A DNA stretch of 64,000 nt from Candidatus Levyibacteriota bacterium (GTDB taxonomy: Bacteria; Patescibacteriota; Microgenomatia; Levybacterales; UBA12049), in contig JBEKQZ010000001.1 of assembly GCA_049519175.1 (NCBI GenBank), positions 399,679-463,678 on the forward strand. The letters are read 5' to 3'. Positions 29,618 through 38,457 of this stretch are shown piece after piece. Under the pieces are notes generated by a model that was not told where the DNA came from, did not search any database, and saw nothing but the letters and a program-made list of their open reading frames with translations. A program made the position numbers and the translations under genes. Each line of letters begins with the position of its first letter. Position 1 is the stretch's first letter.

Positions 29618-30820
29618 ATGAATTTGGCTTTAAAACTAAGACCCAAAAATTTTTCCGAGTTTGTCGGACAAGAACACTTAGCAGGCGAGCAGGCAATTCT
29701 TCGCAGAATAATCAAAGCCCAAGCGCCTTTTTCCTTAATTCTTTGGGGACCACCGGGCAGCGGCAAAACAACACTGGCTTATATCATCGCCAACGAAATT
29801 AATGCCGATTTTCACGCGATGTCGGCGGTTGCAGCAGGCAAAGCCGACCTCAATAAGATAATTGACCAAGCTAAAGAAAATCAAAAGAAAAATATCAAAA
29901 CGATTTTATTTATTGATGAAATTCACCGTTGGAACAAGGCACAGCAAGACGCGCTTTTACCTTATGTTGAGAATGGAACATTGAACTTGATTGGCGCTAC
30001 TACCGAGAATCCTTCGTTTGAAGTTATCTCCGCACTTTTATCCCGCTCCAAAGTACTGGTTTTACAAGCTTTAAGTTTTGAGCAGTTGGAAATAATTTTA
30101 GACCGAGCTTTAAAAGATAAAACTAACGGCTTGGGAAAATTAAACAAGAAAATCGATAAAGTTGCCAAAGAACTTTTAATTCGGCTTTCCGGCGGAGATG
30201 CTCGGATAATGCTCAACGCTTTGGAAATTTCCGCCAATTCTTACCGTAATGAAAAAATAACTCCTGAAATTGTCAAAGAAGTTTTCCAAACCAAATCTGC
30301 CGGACTCTACGACAAAAAAGCCGACGAACACTACAACATTATTTCCGCCTTTATTAAATCTATGCGGGGTAGCGACGTCGACGCCGCTTTATATTATTTG
30401 ACGCGGATGCTGGAAAACGGCGAAGACCCGAAGTTTATTGCCAGAAGAATGATTATTTTTGCCTGCGAAGACATTGGTATGGCAGATAGGGGAGCGTTAA
30501 TTCAAGCCGATGAAGCGTTTGAAGCGGTGAATAAAATCGGCATGCCCGAAGCGCAATTAATTTTGGCCTACGTTGTCATTTATTTAGCTAAAGCGCCCAA
30601 GTCGCGGGCAGTTCCTAACGCCATGGGGAAAGCCAAAGAAACGGTTTATGAATTTCCTAATGAACCGGTGCCATTGCATTTACGCAACGCACCGACCAAA
30701 CTGATGAAAAATTTAGGTTACGCCAAAAATTATCAGTGGAGTGAAAAATATGTCGGTCCTACGGCAAACTTACCGTTTCTGCCCAAAAAATTAGCGGGCC
30801 GCAAATTCTACGAGAAGTAA
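29618..30820 (+). CDS. rarA: Replication-associated recombination protein A (AAA+ ATPase)
   Basis: 'LILWGPPGSGKTTLA' Walker A; 'LFIDEIHRWNKAQQDALLPYVE' Walker B/sensor; MgsA C-terminal domain. Confidence 0.9.
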   Translation: MNLALKLRPKNFSEFVGQEHLAGEQAILRRIIKAQAPFSLILWGPPGSGKTTLAYIIANEINADFHAMSAVAAGKADLNKIIDQAKENQKKNIKTILFIDEIHRWNKAQQDALLPYVENGTLNLIGATTENPSFEVISALLSRSKVLVLQALSFEQLEIILDRALKDKTNGLGKLNKKIDKVAKELLIRLSGGDARIMLNALEISANSYRNEKITPEIVKEVFQTKSAGLYDKKADEHYNIISAFIKSMRGSDVDAALYYLTRMLENGEDPKFIARRMIIFACEDIGMADRGALIQADEAFEAVNKIGMPEAQLILAYVVIYLAKAPKSRAVPNAMGKAKETVYEFPNEPVPLHLRNAPTKLMKNLGYAKNYQWSEKYVGPTANLPFLPKKLAGRKFYEK

Positions 30821-31078
30821 TTAAGCTTTTACATCTACGTTTGTGCCTTTAGATGGAACTCTTTTTATTCCCTGAACATAATCAGGTAGCTTAGTAAATA
30901 GTTTTCTAGTAAAAGGCACAATCCGAGTGTCAATAACTTCTCCTCGAATAGCGCCACCTGTTTCGGTTTGTTTATTATCTGGGTTTGATAAATCTTCAAG
31001 CATATGGGTAGTTTAGCACACGATGTCAGGACTTACTACTTGAAAAGCAAAAATAAGTAGAGTAGTATAAAAAAACAT

Positions 31079-31348
31079 ATGGATAACAAAAAATTATTAA
31101 AAAATATTGGCGATTTAATTGATACAAAGCTAGATAATAAGTTAAAACCAATTAACGAAAAACTTGACACGCTAGACTTAAAAATTGAAGCTGTTAACGC
31201 AAAAGTTGATAAATTAGATAAAAAAATTGATAGATTTCAGGAAGAAACAATTGACACGCTTTCGGAATTGATTACAACGGGATACAATTCGCATGAAAAA
31301 AGAATTAAAAGAATAGAAGACCATCTACAACTTCCCCAAATTCAATAA
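31079..31348 (+). CDS. Small coiled-coil protein (89 aa), hypothetical
   Basis: Heptad-repeat K/L/D-rich sequence. Confidence 0.3.
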   Translation: MDNKKLLKNIGDLIDTKLDNKLKPINEKLDTLDLKIEAVNAKVDKLDKKIDRFQEETIDTLSELITTGYNSHEKRIKRIEDHLQLPQIQ

Positions 31349-31406
31349 GTAAACTAAACTTCTAAAGATTTCGTATAAATGGCCACTATGTGAAGGACTC
31401 TCGAAT

Positions 31407-31515
31407 GGTTTGAGTTCGGTGATACATAAATATGTTCCCGGCTAAGTTCTAAAACTTTTTGAGGCTAAGAAGCGATGGGTCACTGGGTGCGGGATTTTCG
31501 AACCGCAATGCAGAA
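31407..31515 (+). repeat. Diverged direct-repeat copy A (~110 nt, ~70% identical to 32329..32430); contains a degenerate tRNA 3'-end-like segment
   Basis: By-eye alignment: ggtttgagttcggtgatacataaat...gaggctaagaagcgatggg vs ggttcgagtccggtaatacgtaaat...gaggccaataagcaatggg; its end resembles a T-arm/acceptor on the opposite strand (gcggttcgaaaatcccgc). Confidence 0.5.
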
Positions 31516-31644
31516 AACGAAATTCCAGTTTACAATTCCATGTTTTGAATAACCTAGATTTACTAGTTTTGGATTATTGGCACATTCTTATCAAAATAAT
31601 TAGTGTTCTACATTCTTAATTATGATTAACTGTATAATGTAAGC

Positions 31645-32328
31645 GTGAAGATTATCATTTTTTCAGATACTCACTTAACCACTGATTTTGAGGAAGATAG
31701 ATTCCGTTTTCTTAAGCATATAATTTCTCAGGCGGATAAGGTTATCATTAACGGAGACTTTTGGGAAGGGTGGCAAATAACATTCTCAGAATTTATCGAA
31801 TCTCCTTGGAATAAACTCTTTCCGTTCTTAAAAGGAAAAGAGACCATCTATCTTTATGGGAATCATGATAAAAAAGAATACTGCGATAAACGGGTTTTTC
31901 TATTTTCTTCTCACCAGGCTACGCACTATAAATTCAAGATAGGTAATCAATCGTTTTTTGTAGAACATGGTGATAGAATTAACTTTGCCTACAAGAAGCT
32001 TTTCTATAAACAATTCTTCAAAAGTATTTCTCACTATCCCTTCTTTGTAAAGAGAGCTGCTCTCCTCGAGAAGATAATTGTAAAATCTGGTCTAAAAAGG
32101 CTTCTTGATAGAAATGGACGACTATTAACATTCGAGATAATTAAACAGAGGGACCATGAAAAAGGGAATAGCGAAATATATATTTGCGGCCATACCCATT
32201 TAGGCTTCTATGACAAGAAACACCAATTTCTTAATGATGGATTTATTAGACACGGTGTAGGACAATATGTTGAAATAAATGAAAAGGGAGAAGTATTTTT
32301 GCGTGATATGAACTATTCTACGAAATAA
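31645..32328 (+). CDS. Metallophosphoesterase (calcineurin-like phosphoesterase)
   Basis: 'IIFSDTHL' (motif I), 'INGDFWEG' (GD motif), 'GNHD' (motif III), 'GHTH'. Confidence 0.65.
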   Translation: MKIIIFSDTHLTTDFEEDRFRFLKHIISQADKVIINGDFWEGWQITFSEFIESPWNKLFPFLKGKETIYLYGNHDKKEYCDKRVFLFSSHQATHYKFKIGNQSFFVEHGDRINFAYKKLFYKQFFKSISHYPFFVKRAALLEKIIVKSGLKRLLDRNGRLLTFEIIKQRDHEKGNSEIYICGHTHLGFYDKKHQFLNDGFIRHGVGQYVEINEKGEVFLRDMNYSTK

Positions 32329-32430
32329 GGTTCGAGTCCGGTAATACGTAAATCCGTTTCAAGGCTAAACCCTAAAATTCTTCGAGGCCAATAAGCAATG
32401 GGTGGAAGACGGGGTTCGAACCCGCGACCC
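32329..32430 (+). repeat. Direct-repeat copy B; overlaps the 3' portion of tRNA-His (minus strand) and ~70 nt of its 3' flank
   Basis: See copy A; begins immediately after the metallophosphoesterase stop codon. Confidence 0.5.
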
Positions 32431-32473
32431 CCTGGACCACAACCAGGTGCTCTACCACTGAGCTACATCCACC
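32399..32473 (-). tRNA. tRNA-His(GTG) with genome-encoded G-1
   Basis: Reverse complement G-GTGGATGTAGCTCAGTGGTAGAGC...; anticodon loop 'ttGTGgt'; GGGTTCGAACCCC; C73. Confidence 0.85.
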
Positions 32474-32511
32474 ATAAGTAAATTATAGCATTTTCCTAAA
32501 GCCAAATAAAA

Positions 32512-33282
32512 TTAGAGTAAGTAGGGAACACGGTGTTTGAAAGAATTCTTTTTGGCAAACTCGATAATCTTGTCTGCATTTTTTAAGCCTCGCTTTTGGA
32601 TTTCTTCAACCGGAAGTTTTTTATCAAAATATAAGTTGAGGACCTGATCCGCTTCGGCGTAAGTAAACTCGAACTGACCCTCATCGGTTTGGTCTTTCCA
32701 TAAATTGGCTGACGGTTGTTTTTGAACAATTGCTTGGGGGACATTGAGATATTTTGCCAACTCATAAACTTGCGTTTTGTATAAATGTCTGATTGGCTCA
32801 AGGTCCGAAGCCTCGTCACCAAAGCGCGTAAAATATCCCAGTAAGTTTTCCGAACGGTTCTCCGTCCCGCAAACCAACGCATTTTCTTTTTTGGCCAAGT
32901 CATAAATCTTAATCATTCTAATCCTTGCCATCACATTTCCACGTCTAACAATATCTTCTTTGGAAATTTTAAAAGTATCAATCAGTTGGTCGACCATCGG
33001 TTTAATATGGAGGACATAAAAATTTTCCTTCGGCAAATTGATTGACTGAATTAACTCACTAATATCCTCGAGTTGGTTATCAAAGTAAGGAAGTGTGACC
33101 GCGTAAATATTTTTCAGCGGAACTGAATTTTTGAGTAAATAAAGAGTAGTTGCCGAATCAATCCCGCCCGAAACACCAATCACGACTTTTTCTATTTTTT
33201 GTCTTGCTAAAGTTTTTTTGATAAAAGCGGAAATTTTATCCGTTTCCTCTTTAACGTTAATTTTTAATAAATCATTTTGCAT
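32512..33282 (-). CDS. nadE: NH3-dependent NAD+ synthetase; probable start at internal Met (33282) overlapping nadD by ~11 nt
   Basis: PP-loop 'VIGVSGGIDSATT'; the six-frame ORF extends to 33348 but would then overlap nadD by 77 nt. Confidence 0.85.
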   Translation of the reverse strand: MQNDLLKINVKEETDKISAFIKKTLARQKIEKVVIGVSGGIDSATTLYLLKNSVPLKNIYAVTLPYFDNQLEDISELIQSINLPKENFYVLHIKPMVDQLIDTFKISKEDIVRRGNVMARIRMIKIYDLAKKENALVCGTENRSENLLGYFTRFGDEASDLEPIRHLYKTQVYELAKYLNVPQAIVQKQPSANLWKDQTDEGQFEFTYAEADQVLNLYFDKKLPVEEIQKRGLKNADKIIEFAKKNSFKHRVPYLL

Positions 33283-33841
33283 AAAGATTATGTTTCCGAA
33301 TATACTCTTCAACGCCTTCGGGCACAAGATATTTAATGGGTTCGCCATTTTTAATTTTCTCGCGGATGGCGGTCGAGGAAAAATTGGTGGTTAAAAGTTT
33401 TGGCGAGGAAACCACTTCAAAACCCTGCGGAATTATTTTTGGCAGAGCAGGCGGGTCTCTGGGAAAAACCAAAAAAGTTGCTAACTTTAGCAAATCGTCA
33501 ACATTTTTCCAACGGTGAAATTCAGATAGAATATCCGACCCGACAATCCAAAAAATCTCCGCGCCCGTCTGTTTTTTGATTTCTCTAACCGTGTCAATGC
33601 TGTAACTTATTCCGCCCCGCTTTATTTCAATGTCGGAAATCTCCATGCCCGACTCCAAAAAAGATTGCAGCATTGCAATTCTATCTTTAGGACTGGCAAT
33701 AATTAACTTCCATTGGTGCTGAAACGCGGGGACAAACAAAACTTTGTCGATATCTTTTCTTAAATCTAGAACCTGTTTGGCGACTAAAAAATGTCCGATG
33801 TGGGGCGGATCGAATCTTCCGCCTAAAATAGCAATTTTCAT
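33272..33841 (-). CDS. nadD: Nicotinate-nucleotide adenylyltransferase; start at the 'MKIAILGG' Met to avoid the upstream tRNA
   Basis: 'IAILGGRFDPPHIGH' (H/T)xGH motif; 'SSTAIRE' C-terminal motif. Confidence 0.85.
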   Translation of the reverse strand: MKIAILGGRFDPPHIGHFLVAKQVLDLRKDIDKVLFVPAFQHQWKLIIASPKDRIAMLQSFLESGMEISDIEIKRGGISYSIDTVREIKKQTGAEIFWIVGSDILSEFHRWKNVDDLLKLATFLVFPRDPPALPKIIPQGFEVVSSPKLLTTNFSSTAIREKIKNGEPIKYLVPEGVEEYIRKHNLYAK

Positions 33842-33849
33842 TTTCAAAG

Positions 33850-33922
33850 TGACCCGGGAGGGAATCGAACCCCCAACCTGGTGCTTAGAACGCACTCGCT
33901 CTATCCGTTGAGCTACCGGGCC
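33850..33922 (-). tRNA. tRNA-Arg(TCT)
   Basis: Reverse complement GGCCCGGTAGCTCAACGGATAGAGC...; anticodon loop 'gtTCTaa'; GGTTCGATTCC. Confidence 0.8.
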
Positions 33923-34020
33923 TCAAGCAACATTTGACGTTGCCATAACTGTATTTTAGCAAAAAACAGCGCAAAACAAAAATTTATTTTTGTTGTATAA
34001 TCTTTGGAGAATTTATCAAC

Positions 34021-34869
34021 ATGAATAAAAAGCTCAAAAAACTCTTAATTGAACAGGCATTCCCGATTTTTCTGACTTTTTTAACCTTCCTCGGGCTGTC
34101 AACTTTACTTTACGGACTATTGCTTATTCTTTCGTCTTTTAACGTTGGCCAGCCGATTATTTTAGACTTCCGAAGACGTGAAGTCTTATTCGGCATCATT
34201 ATCTATTTAAAAACCGCCATTGATTTTGCCATTTTTACCGGAAATTTGATGAAGACAAATCCGGGTTGGAAAAAACGCATCGCGATAGAGCTCGGAACCG
34301 CAGTCGGCAATGGTTTCGGCACTTTCTTAATTTTGATCATCTGGACCGTCTTCAAAGCTATTCCGCCGCTGATGATAATCATGATTTTTATCGCGGCCGT
34401 TGTGTTGCTTCGCATGGCGCAAGAAAGTTTTGAAGAATTTTTAAAACAGCACCAAAGCTTTATCAAACTGAAAATGCCGGTTTCGCTTTTGCAAGACCAG
34501 TTGAATATCGTCAACAGGCTTTTCCGGCCAATCCTGAAATTCGTAGTGCCGAATTTAAATCTAACCAAAACCAAGAAATTATCGTTTATAAACCTAATCG
34601 TCTTTTCACTGACAATTCCTTTTGTTTTGGGACTGGACGACTTCGCCGGCTATATTCCTTTATTTACTTTAATCAATGTGTTTGGATTTTCGTTGGGCAT
34701 TTTACTCGGGCATATGCTTTTAACTATCGGGCTATTTGCATTTCCGGAAAAAACCGTTGAAGTGGTAAAACATCCTATTGTCCTCATCGCCGGAGGATTG
34801 GCGTTTATCGGCTTGGGACTCTACGGTTTCTGGGAATCGGCAAATATTTTCCTGGCGTGGGTTCATTAA
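34021..34869 (+). CDS. Polytopic membrane protein, hypothetical
   Basis: About 8 hydrophobic helices; no catalytic motif recognised. Confidence 0.4.
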   Translation: MNKKLKKLLIEQAFPIFLTFLTFLGLSTLLYGLLLILSSFNVGQPIILDFRRREVLFGIIIYLKTAIDFAIFTGNLMKTNPGWKKRIAIELGTAVGNGFGTFLILIIWTVFKAIPPLMIIMIFIAAVVLLRMAQESFEEFLKQHQSFIKLKMPVSLLQDQLNIVNRLFRPILKFVVPNLNLTKTKKLSFINLIVFSLTIPFVLGLDDFAGYIPLFTLINVFGFSLGILLGHMLLTIGLFAFPEKTVEVVKHPIVLIAGGLAFIGLGLYGFWESANIFLAWVH

Positions 34870-35009
34870 ATTTTTGAGCGGAAGACGCAAATTATTCCGA
34901 AATCCTGCTCTCTTAAATACTATTACATTTTACCAACTTAATAGAAGCGTATCAAACACCTACATCTTGACATATAAGGGTTGAGTAGTGTAATATATAT
35001 ATATTAACG

Positions 35010-35046
35010 CCTCAGCCAGTACTGCAAAGTCCGCTGAGGTTTTTTA
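35010..35046 (+). terminator. Rho-independent terminator
   Basis: 'CCTCAGCcagtactgcaaagtccGCTGAGG' followed by TTTTTTT. Confidence 0.6.
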
Positions 35047-35086
35047 ATGTTTACTTTCATTAATTTTAGATAGATAATAGCTCTAT

Positions 35087-35674
35087 ATGTCAAAAACAAT
35101 TCTTTTTATTGATGGCGAAAATTTTATCAATAAAATTGAAGAAGTTTTAAGAAATCAAGGAATTGATAAGAATAAAATAGACCTGGCCGTAATAGATGTA
35201 AGCAAATTATTAAAAGAAGCGCTTAAGGGACTTAATATCTCAAGAAAAATATTCTACGCTGCAAAATTACATTCTCATCCTGAAACGAGAAAGAAATCGG
35301 AAGAGTTAATCAGCTTTCAAAGAAAACTAAGAAATAATCTCGTAAAACACGGTTATGAGTTTATACTAGCTGGAAATGTTAGGGCTCAAAAAGTCGGAGA
35401 TAAACTTGTTTTTAGAGAAAAAGGTGTTGATGTAAGAATCGCAGTAGATTTAGTTTCTTTAGCTTGTGACGGAGAGCTTAAAACGGCTATTCTTTGTAGC
35501 TCCGATTCTGACTTGCAACCGGCGGTTAAAGAACTTAAACAAAGAGGAGTTGAAGTTATGTATTTAGGCTTTGAGAATAATCCTAATAAAGGACTTGCAT
35601 ATACTACAGACAGGACAGTTCTTCTTAGGAATCCTGAGGTGATTGGAGCCTGTCCTCAATTGGTGAGAAAATAA
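35087..35674 (+). CDS. NYN-domain (LabA/YacP-like) putative RNase
   Basis: 'ILFIDGENFINK' N-terminal NYN motif with conserved Asp/Glu; 'VLLSGDSD'-like 'LCSSDSDLQP'. Confidence 0.6.
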   Translation: MSKTILFIDGENFINKIEEVLRNQGIDKNKIDLAVIDVSKLLKEALKGLNISRKIFYAAKLHSHPETRKKSEELISFQRKLRNNLVKHGYEFILAGNVRAQKVGDKLVFREKGVDVRIAVDLVSLACDGELKTAILCSSDSDLQPAVKELKQRGVEVMYLGFENNPNKGLAYTTDRTVLLRNPEVIGACPQLVRK

Positions 35675-35821
35675 TTTAAGGACTATGAGGTCGAGTTCGA
35701 GTCCCGTCCCCGGAAAACTTTTTTGAAGCTAACAAAGAATCAAAAGAAATACTACATTATATTCTACGATTAGCCCGCTATATCAATATATTCGACACTT
35801 TGATGAACAAGGTGCCCCGTC

Positions 35822-35896
<75 letters not shown>

Positions 35897-35928
35897 AAGC
35901 CTATACTATTATATATACTAAAGTTAAT

Positions 35929-36004
35929 TGGTCGGGGAAAGAGGACTCGAACCTCCGACCTCACGGTCCCAAACCGCGCGCTCTACCAACTGAGCTATTC
36001 CCCG
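35929..36004 (-). tRNA. tRNA-Pro(TGG), CCA encoded
   Basis: Reverse complement CGGGGAATAGCTCAGTTGGTAGAGC...; anticodon loop 'ttTGGga'; GGTTCGAGTCC. Confidence 0.85.
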
Positions 36005-36019
36005 AAAAAATGTAAGGGG

Positions 36020-36094
36020 TGCCGCGGGAGAGAGTCGAACTCTCACGCCCGATTAAAGGCAAAGGCTCTTAAGGCCCTCGTGTATACCATTTCA
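36020..36094 (-). tRNA. tRNA-Leu(TAA), class II with long variable arm
   Basis: Reverse complement GCCGCGGTGGTGAAATGGTATACAC...; anticodon loop 'ctTAAga'; variable stem-loop; GAGTTCGACTCTC. Confidence 0.75.
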
Positions 36095-36100
36095 CCACCG

Positions 36101-36144
36101 CGGCGCGTATAGACTCGACCCCGACAAGCGGGAACAGCGGTCGA
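36101..36144 (-). promoter_or_regulatory. Leader hairpin (11-bp stem with one mismatch, 18-nt loop) between a sigma70-like promoter (TTGATT-17-TAAAAT, ~36150-36180) and the tRNA-Leu/Pro/Gly operon
   Basis: Minus strand: gtTAGTCTCGACCgctgttcccgcttgtcgGGTCGAGTCTAtac; no T-tract, so not an intrinsic terminator. Confidence 0.4.
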
Positions 36145-36185
36145 GACTAACGTATCTACAATTTTACCTTAAGAAGTAAATATAA

Positions 36186-37151
36186 TCAACCGTGCGGGGG
36201 CGGGGTGATACCGAGGGATTTTAAAGAATAATCCAAAAGCTCAATCATTTCACCGCGCCTGTCACCGCTGCCTAAAACAACACCGATAATCTTATGTCCG
36301 CCGTAATCTAAATATGTCACCAAACACAAACCCGCCTCCGGCGTGTAACCGTCCTTAACGCCCTTAACTCCCGGATAGCTGGTTAATAAATTAGTTTCGT
36401 TTTCCAGATAAAAAGCTTTGTGAGTAGCGGTTTGGGGAATATTATAATCGAAGGTCGAAACTACTTGAGCGAACAAAGGAAAATTCGTCAACGTATATTC
36501 CGTCATCACGGTTAGATCATAAGCGGTTGTATATTGTTTGCCATCGCCCTCCAGTCCGGTCGGATTAGTAAAATGCGTATCCGTTAATCCAAGCGATTTT
36601 ACTTTATTATTCATCGCCTGGATAAAAGCGCTTCTCCCACCCGGAAAATTATTGGCCAGCACTTCGGCCGCATCATTTGCGCTATGCAACATCATTCCGT
36701 ACATCAATTCTTCCAGAGAAAGCCTTTCGCCGGCATCCAAACCCATTGAATCTTCACCCACTAAATCATCTTTACTAACAACATAGGTATCGTCTTTCTT
36801 TTTGTTTTCCAAAGCCACAATCACGGTCATAATTTTGGTTAGCGATGCCATCGGCAATCTTTCGGTGGGATTTTTAGAATAGAGCACTTCTTTAGTCGTC
36901 GTATCAAAAACTAAAGCAGACTTGGCAGTAATGTTTGGCGATTGTAAATTAGCGGAAATCCGATTTTTTAAAGACGGCAGCCATAAATTAAGCGTTGAAA
37001 CTTCCTTATTGGCAAGAATCGTGAGGAAATTCGGAATCGGGGAGACAAGCGAAGATTTATTGCCAGAGGCTTGTGAATAAATATTATTGGCTAAAAAACC
37101 GGTCAGAACTAAAATCCCCAAAACAACCAGCAAAAATATAATTTTCTTCAC
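36186..37151 (-). CDS. D-alanyl-D-alanine carboxypeptidase (PBP5/6-like serine peptidase S11)
   Basis: Signal peptide; 'ASLTKIMT' SxxK; 'HSANDAA' SxN; 'KTG'-like downstream. Confidence 0.8.
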   Translation of the reverse strand: MKKIIFLLVVLGILVLTGFLANNIYSQASGNKSSLVSPIPNFLTILANKEVSTLNLWLPSLKNRISANLQSPNITAKSALVFDTTTKEVLYSKNPTERLPMASLTKIMTVIVALENKKKDDTYVVSKDDLVGEDSMGLDAGERLSLEELMYGMMLHSANDAAEVLANNFPGGRSAFIQAMNNKVKSLGLTDTHFTNPTGLEGDGKQYTTAYDLTVMTEYTLTNFPLFAQVVSTFDYNIPQTATHKAFYLENETNLLTSYPGVKGVKDGYTPEAGLCLVTYLDYGGHKIIGVVLGSGDRRGEMIELLDYSLKSLGITPPPHG

Positions 37152-37262
37152 AAAGATTTATTCTACACGATTTTTCCTCTTTATTGAAGCCTGAAGGTTA
37201 TTTTGGTATCATACAAACAGACCCTTAATCCAAAATCCTAAGGGCATAAGGAGGTGAGACTT

Positions 37263-37517
37263 ATGGCAGATAAAGATTTGGTAGGGAAAGTTATCCACTA
37301 CTTCGACAAAATTGGCGTTGCGGTAGTAAAACTTGATAAAGCTTTGAAGGTTGGGGACAAAGTAAAATTCGTCCACGGCGAAAAAGAATTTGAGCAAGTA
37401 ATCGAATCAATGCAACTTGAGCACGAACAAATTAGCGCGGGCAAAAAAGGGCAGGAAGTTGCAATCAAAGTTAACGAGGAAGCAAAATCAGGAACACTTG
37501 TTTATTTTGTAAAATAA
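37263..37517 (+). CDS. Small hypothetical protein (85 aa), beta-barrel-like
   Basis: Strong SD AAGGAGGTG 8 nt upstream of ATG 37263. Confidence 0.4.
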   Translation: MADKDLVGKVIHYFDKIGVAVVKLDKALKVGDKVKFVHGEKEFEQVIESMQLEHEQISAGKKGQEVAIKVNEEAKSGTLVYFVK

Positions 37518-37552
37518 TTGTTGTCGGATCATAAAGAAATAGAAAGTGAACT

Positions 37553-38305
37553 TTGATGTTCGAACAAGAGTTATGTATACTAGATACTATAGCCTTTGTT
37601 CATATGAAAGGACGACTAAAAGAGGAAGCAATTAGTTTAAGACGCGAAGGATTATCATATTCGGAAATACTCCAAAGAATACCTGTAGCAAAATCAACAC
37701 TATCATTGTGGCTTAGATCCGTAGAACTCTCCAGAGAACAAACGCAAAGACTCACTGAAAAAAAATTATTAGCTATTCAAAGAGGCGGTCAAAGTAGGAG
37801 AAATTGGAGACTTTCTACAACAAAATCAATTAAGAAACAGGCACACTTGGAAATTAAAAAGAGAATTAAAAGAATAGATGCAAGAGATTTGTGGTTAATG
37901 GGCATTATGCTTTATTGGGCTGAAGGAGCAAAAGATAAAGAATATAAGCCTGGTCAAAGTGTAATTTTTTGTAATTCAGATCCGTTAATGATAAGAATAT
38001 TCCTAAAATGGCTTGATATTTGCTTAAAAATTCCAAACAAGAATATACAGTTTTCAATATATATTCACGAAAACCATCAACATAATATTGAAAAAATCAA
38101 AGTATTCTGGTCTAATGCGACTGGATATTTAATAGAAAACTTTGATAAAATATACTACAAGAAGCACAAAGCAAGAGTTTACAGAAGAAATACCGAGGAA
38201 AATTATCATGGTTTATTAAGAATCAGGATTAGAAAAAGTAGTGCTTTAAACAGAAGAATATCGGGGTGGATAGAAGAAATTTATGTTCAATGCCGGGTCG
38301 TCTAA
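37553..38305 (+). CDS. HTH plus LAGLIDADG-like (degenerate motif) putative homing-endonuclease-like protein; 3' end overlaps tRNA-Gln
   Basis: N-terminal 'LRREGLSYSEILQRIPVAKSTLSLWL' HTH; 'LWLMGIMLYWAEGAK' resembles a LAGLIDADG block (…G-x-x-x-x-EG); stop codon lies in the tRNA-Gln D-arm. Confidence 0.4.
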   Translation: MMFEQELCILDTIAFVHMKGRLKEEAISLRREGLSYSEILQRIPVAKSTLSLWLRSVELSREQTQRLTEKKLLAIQRGGQSRRNWRLSTTKSIKKQAHLEIKKRIKRIDARDLWLMGIMLYWAEGAKDKEYKPGQSVIFCNSDPLMIRIFLKWLDICLKIPNKNIQFSIYIHENHQHNIEKIKVFWSNATGYLIENFDKIYYKKHKARVYRRNTEENYHGLLRIRIRKSSALNRRISGWIEEIYVQCRVV

Positions 38306-38361
38306 TGGTAGGACGGTAGTCTTTGGAGCTACCTATTTTGGTTCGAATCCAAGCCCGGCAG
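38291..38361 (+). tRNA. tRNA-Gln(TTG) (U1-A72, G73 as is typical of bacterial tRNA-Gln)
   Basis: TGCCGGGTCGTCTAATGGTAGGACGGTAGTCTTTGGAGCTACC...GGTTCGAATCCAAGCCCGGCAG; anticodon loop 'ctTTGga'. Confidence 0.75.
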
Positions 38362-38457
38362 CAGGATAACACGCATAGCGACCGTAGTGCCTCGAAGAGC
38401 TTGATTTTGCTTGCTAAACCTCCAAATATATTCTAGGAGATTCGTACGGGGCTCTTG

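Noticed and set aside
30821-31003. 60-aa minus-strand ORF downstream of rarA
   Set aside because: Short, no recognisable motif or RBS; could be real but is unsupported. Left unannotated.
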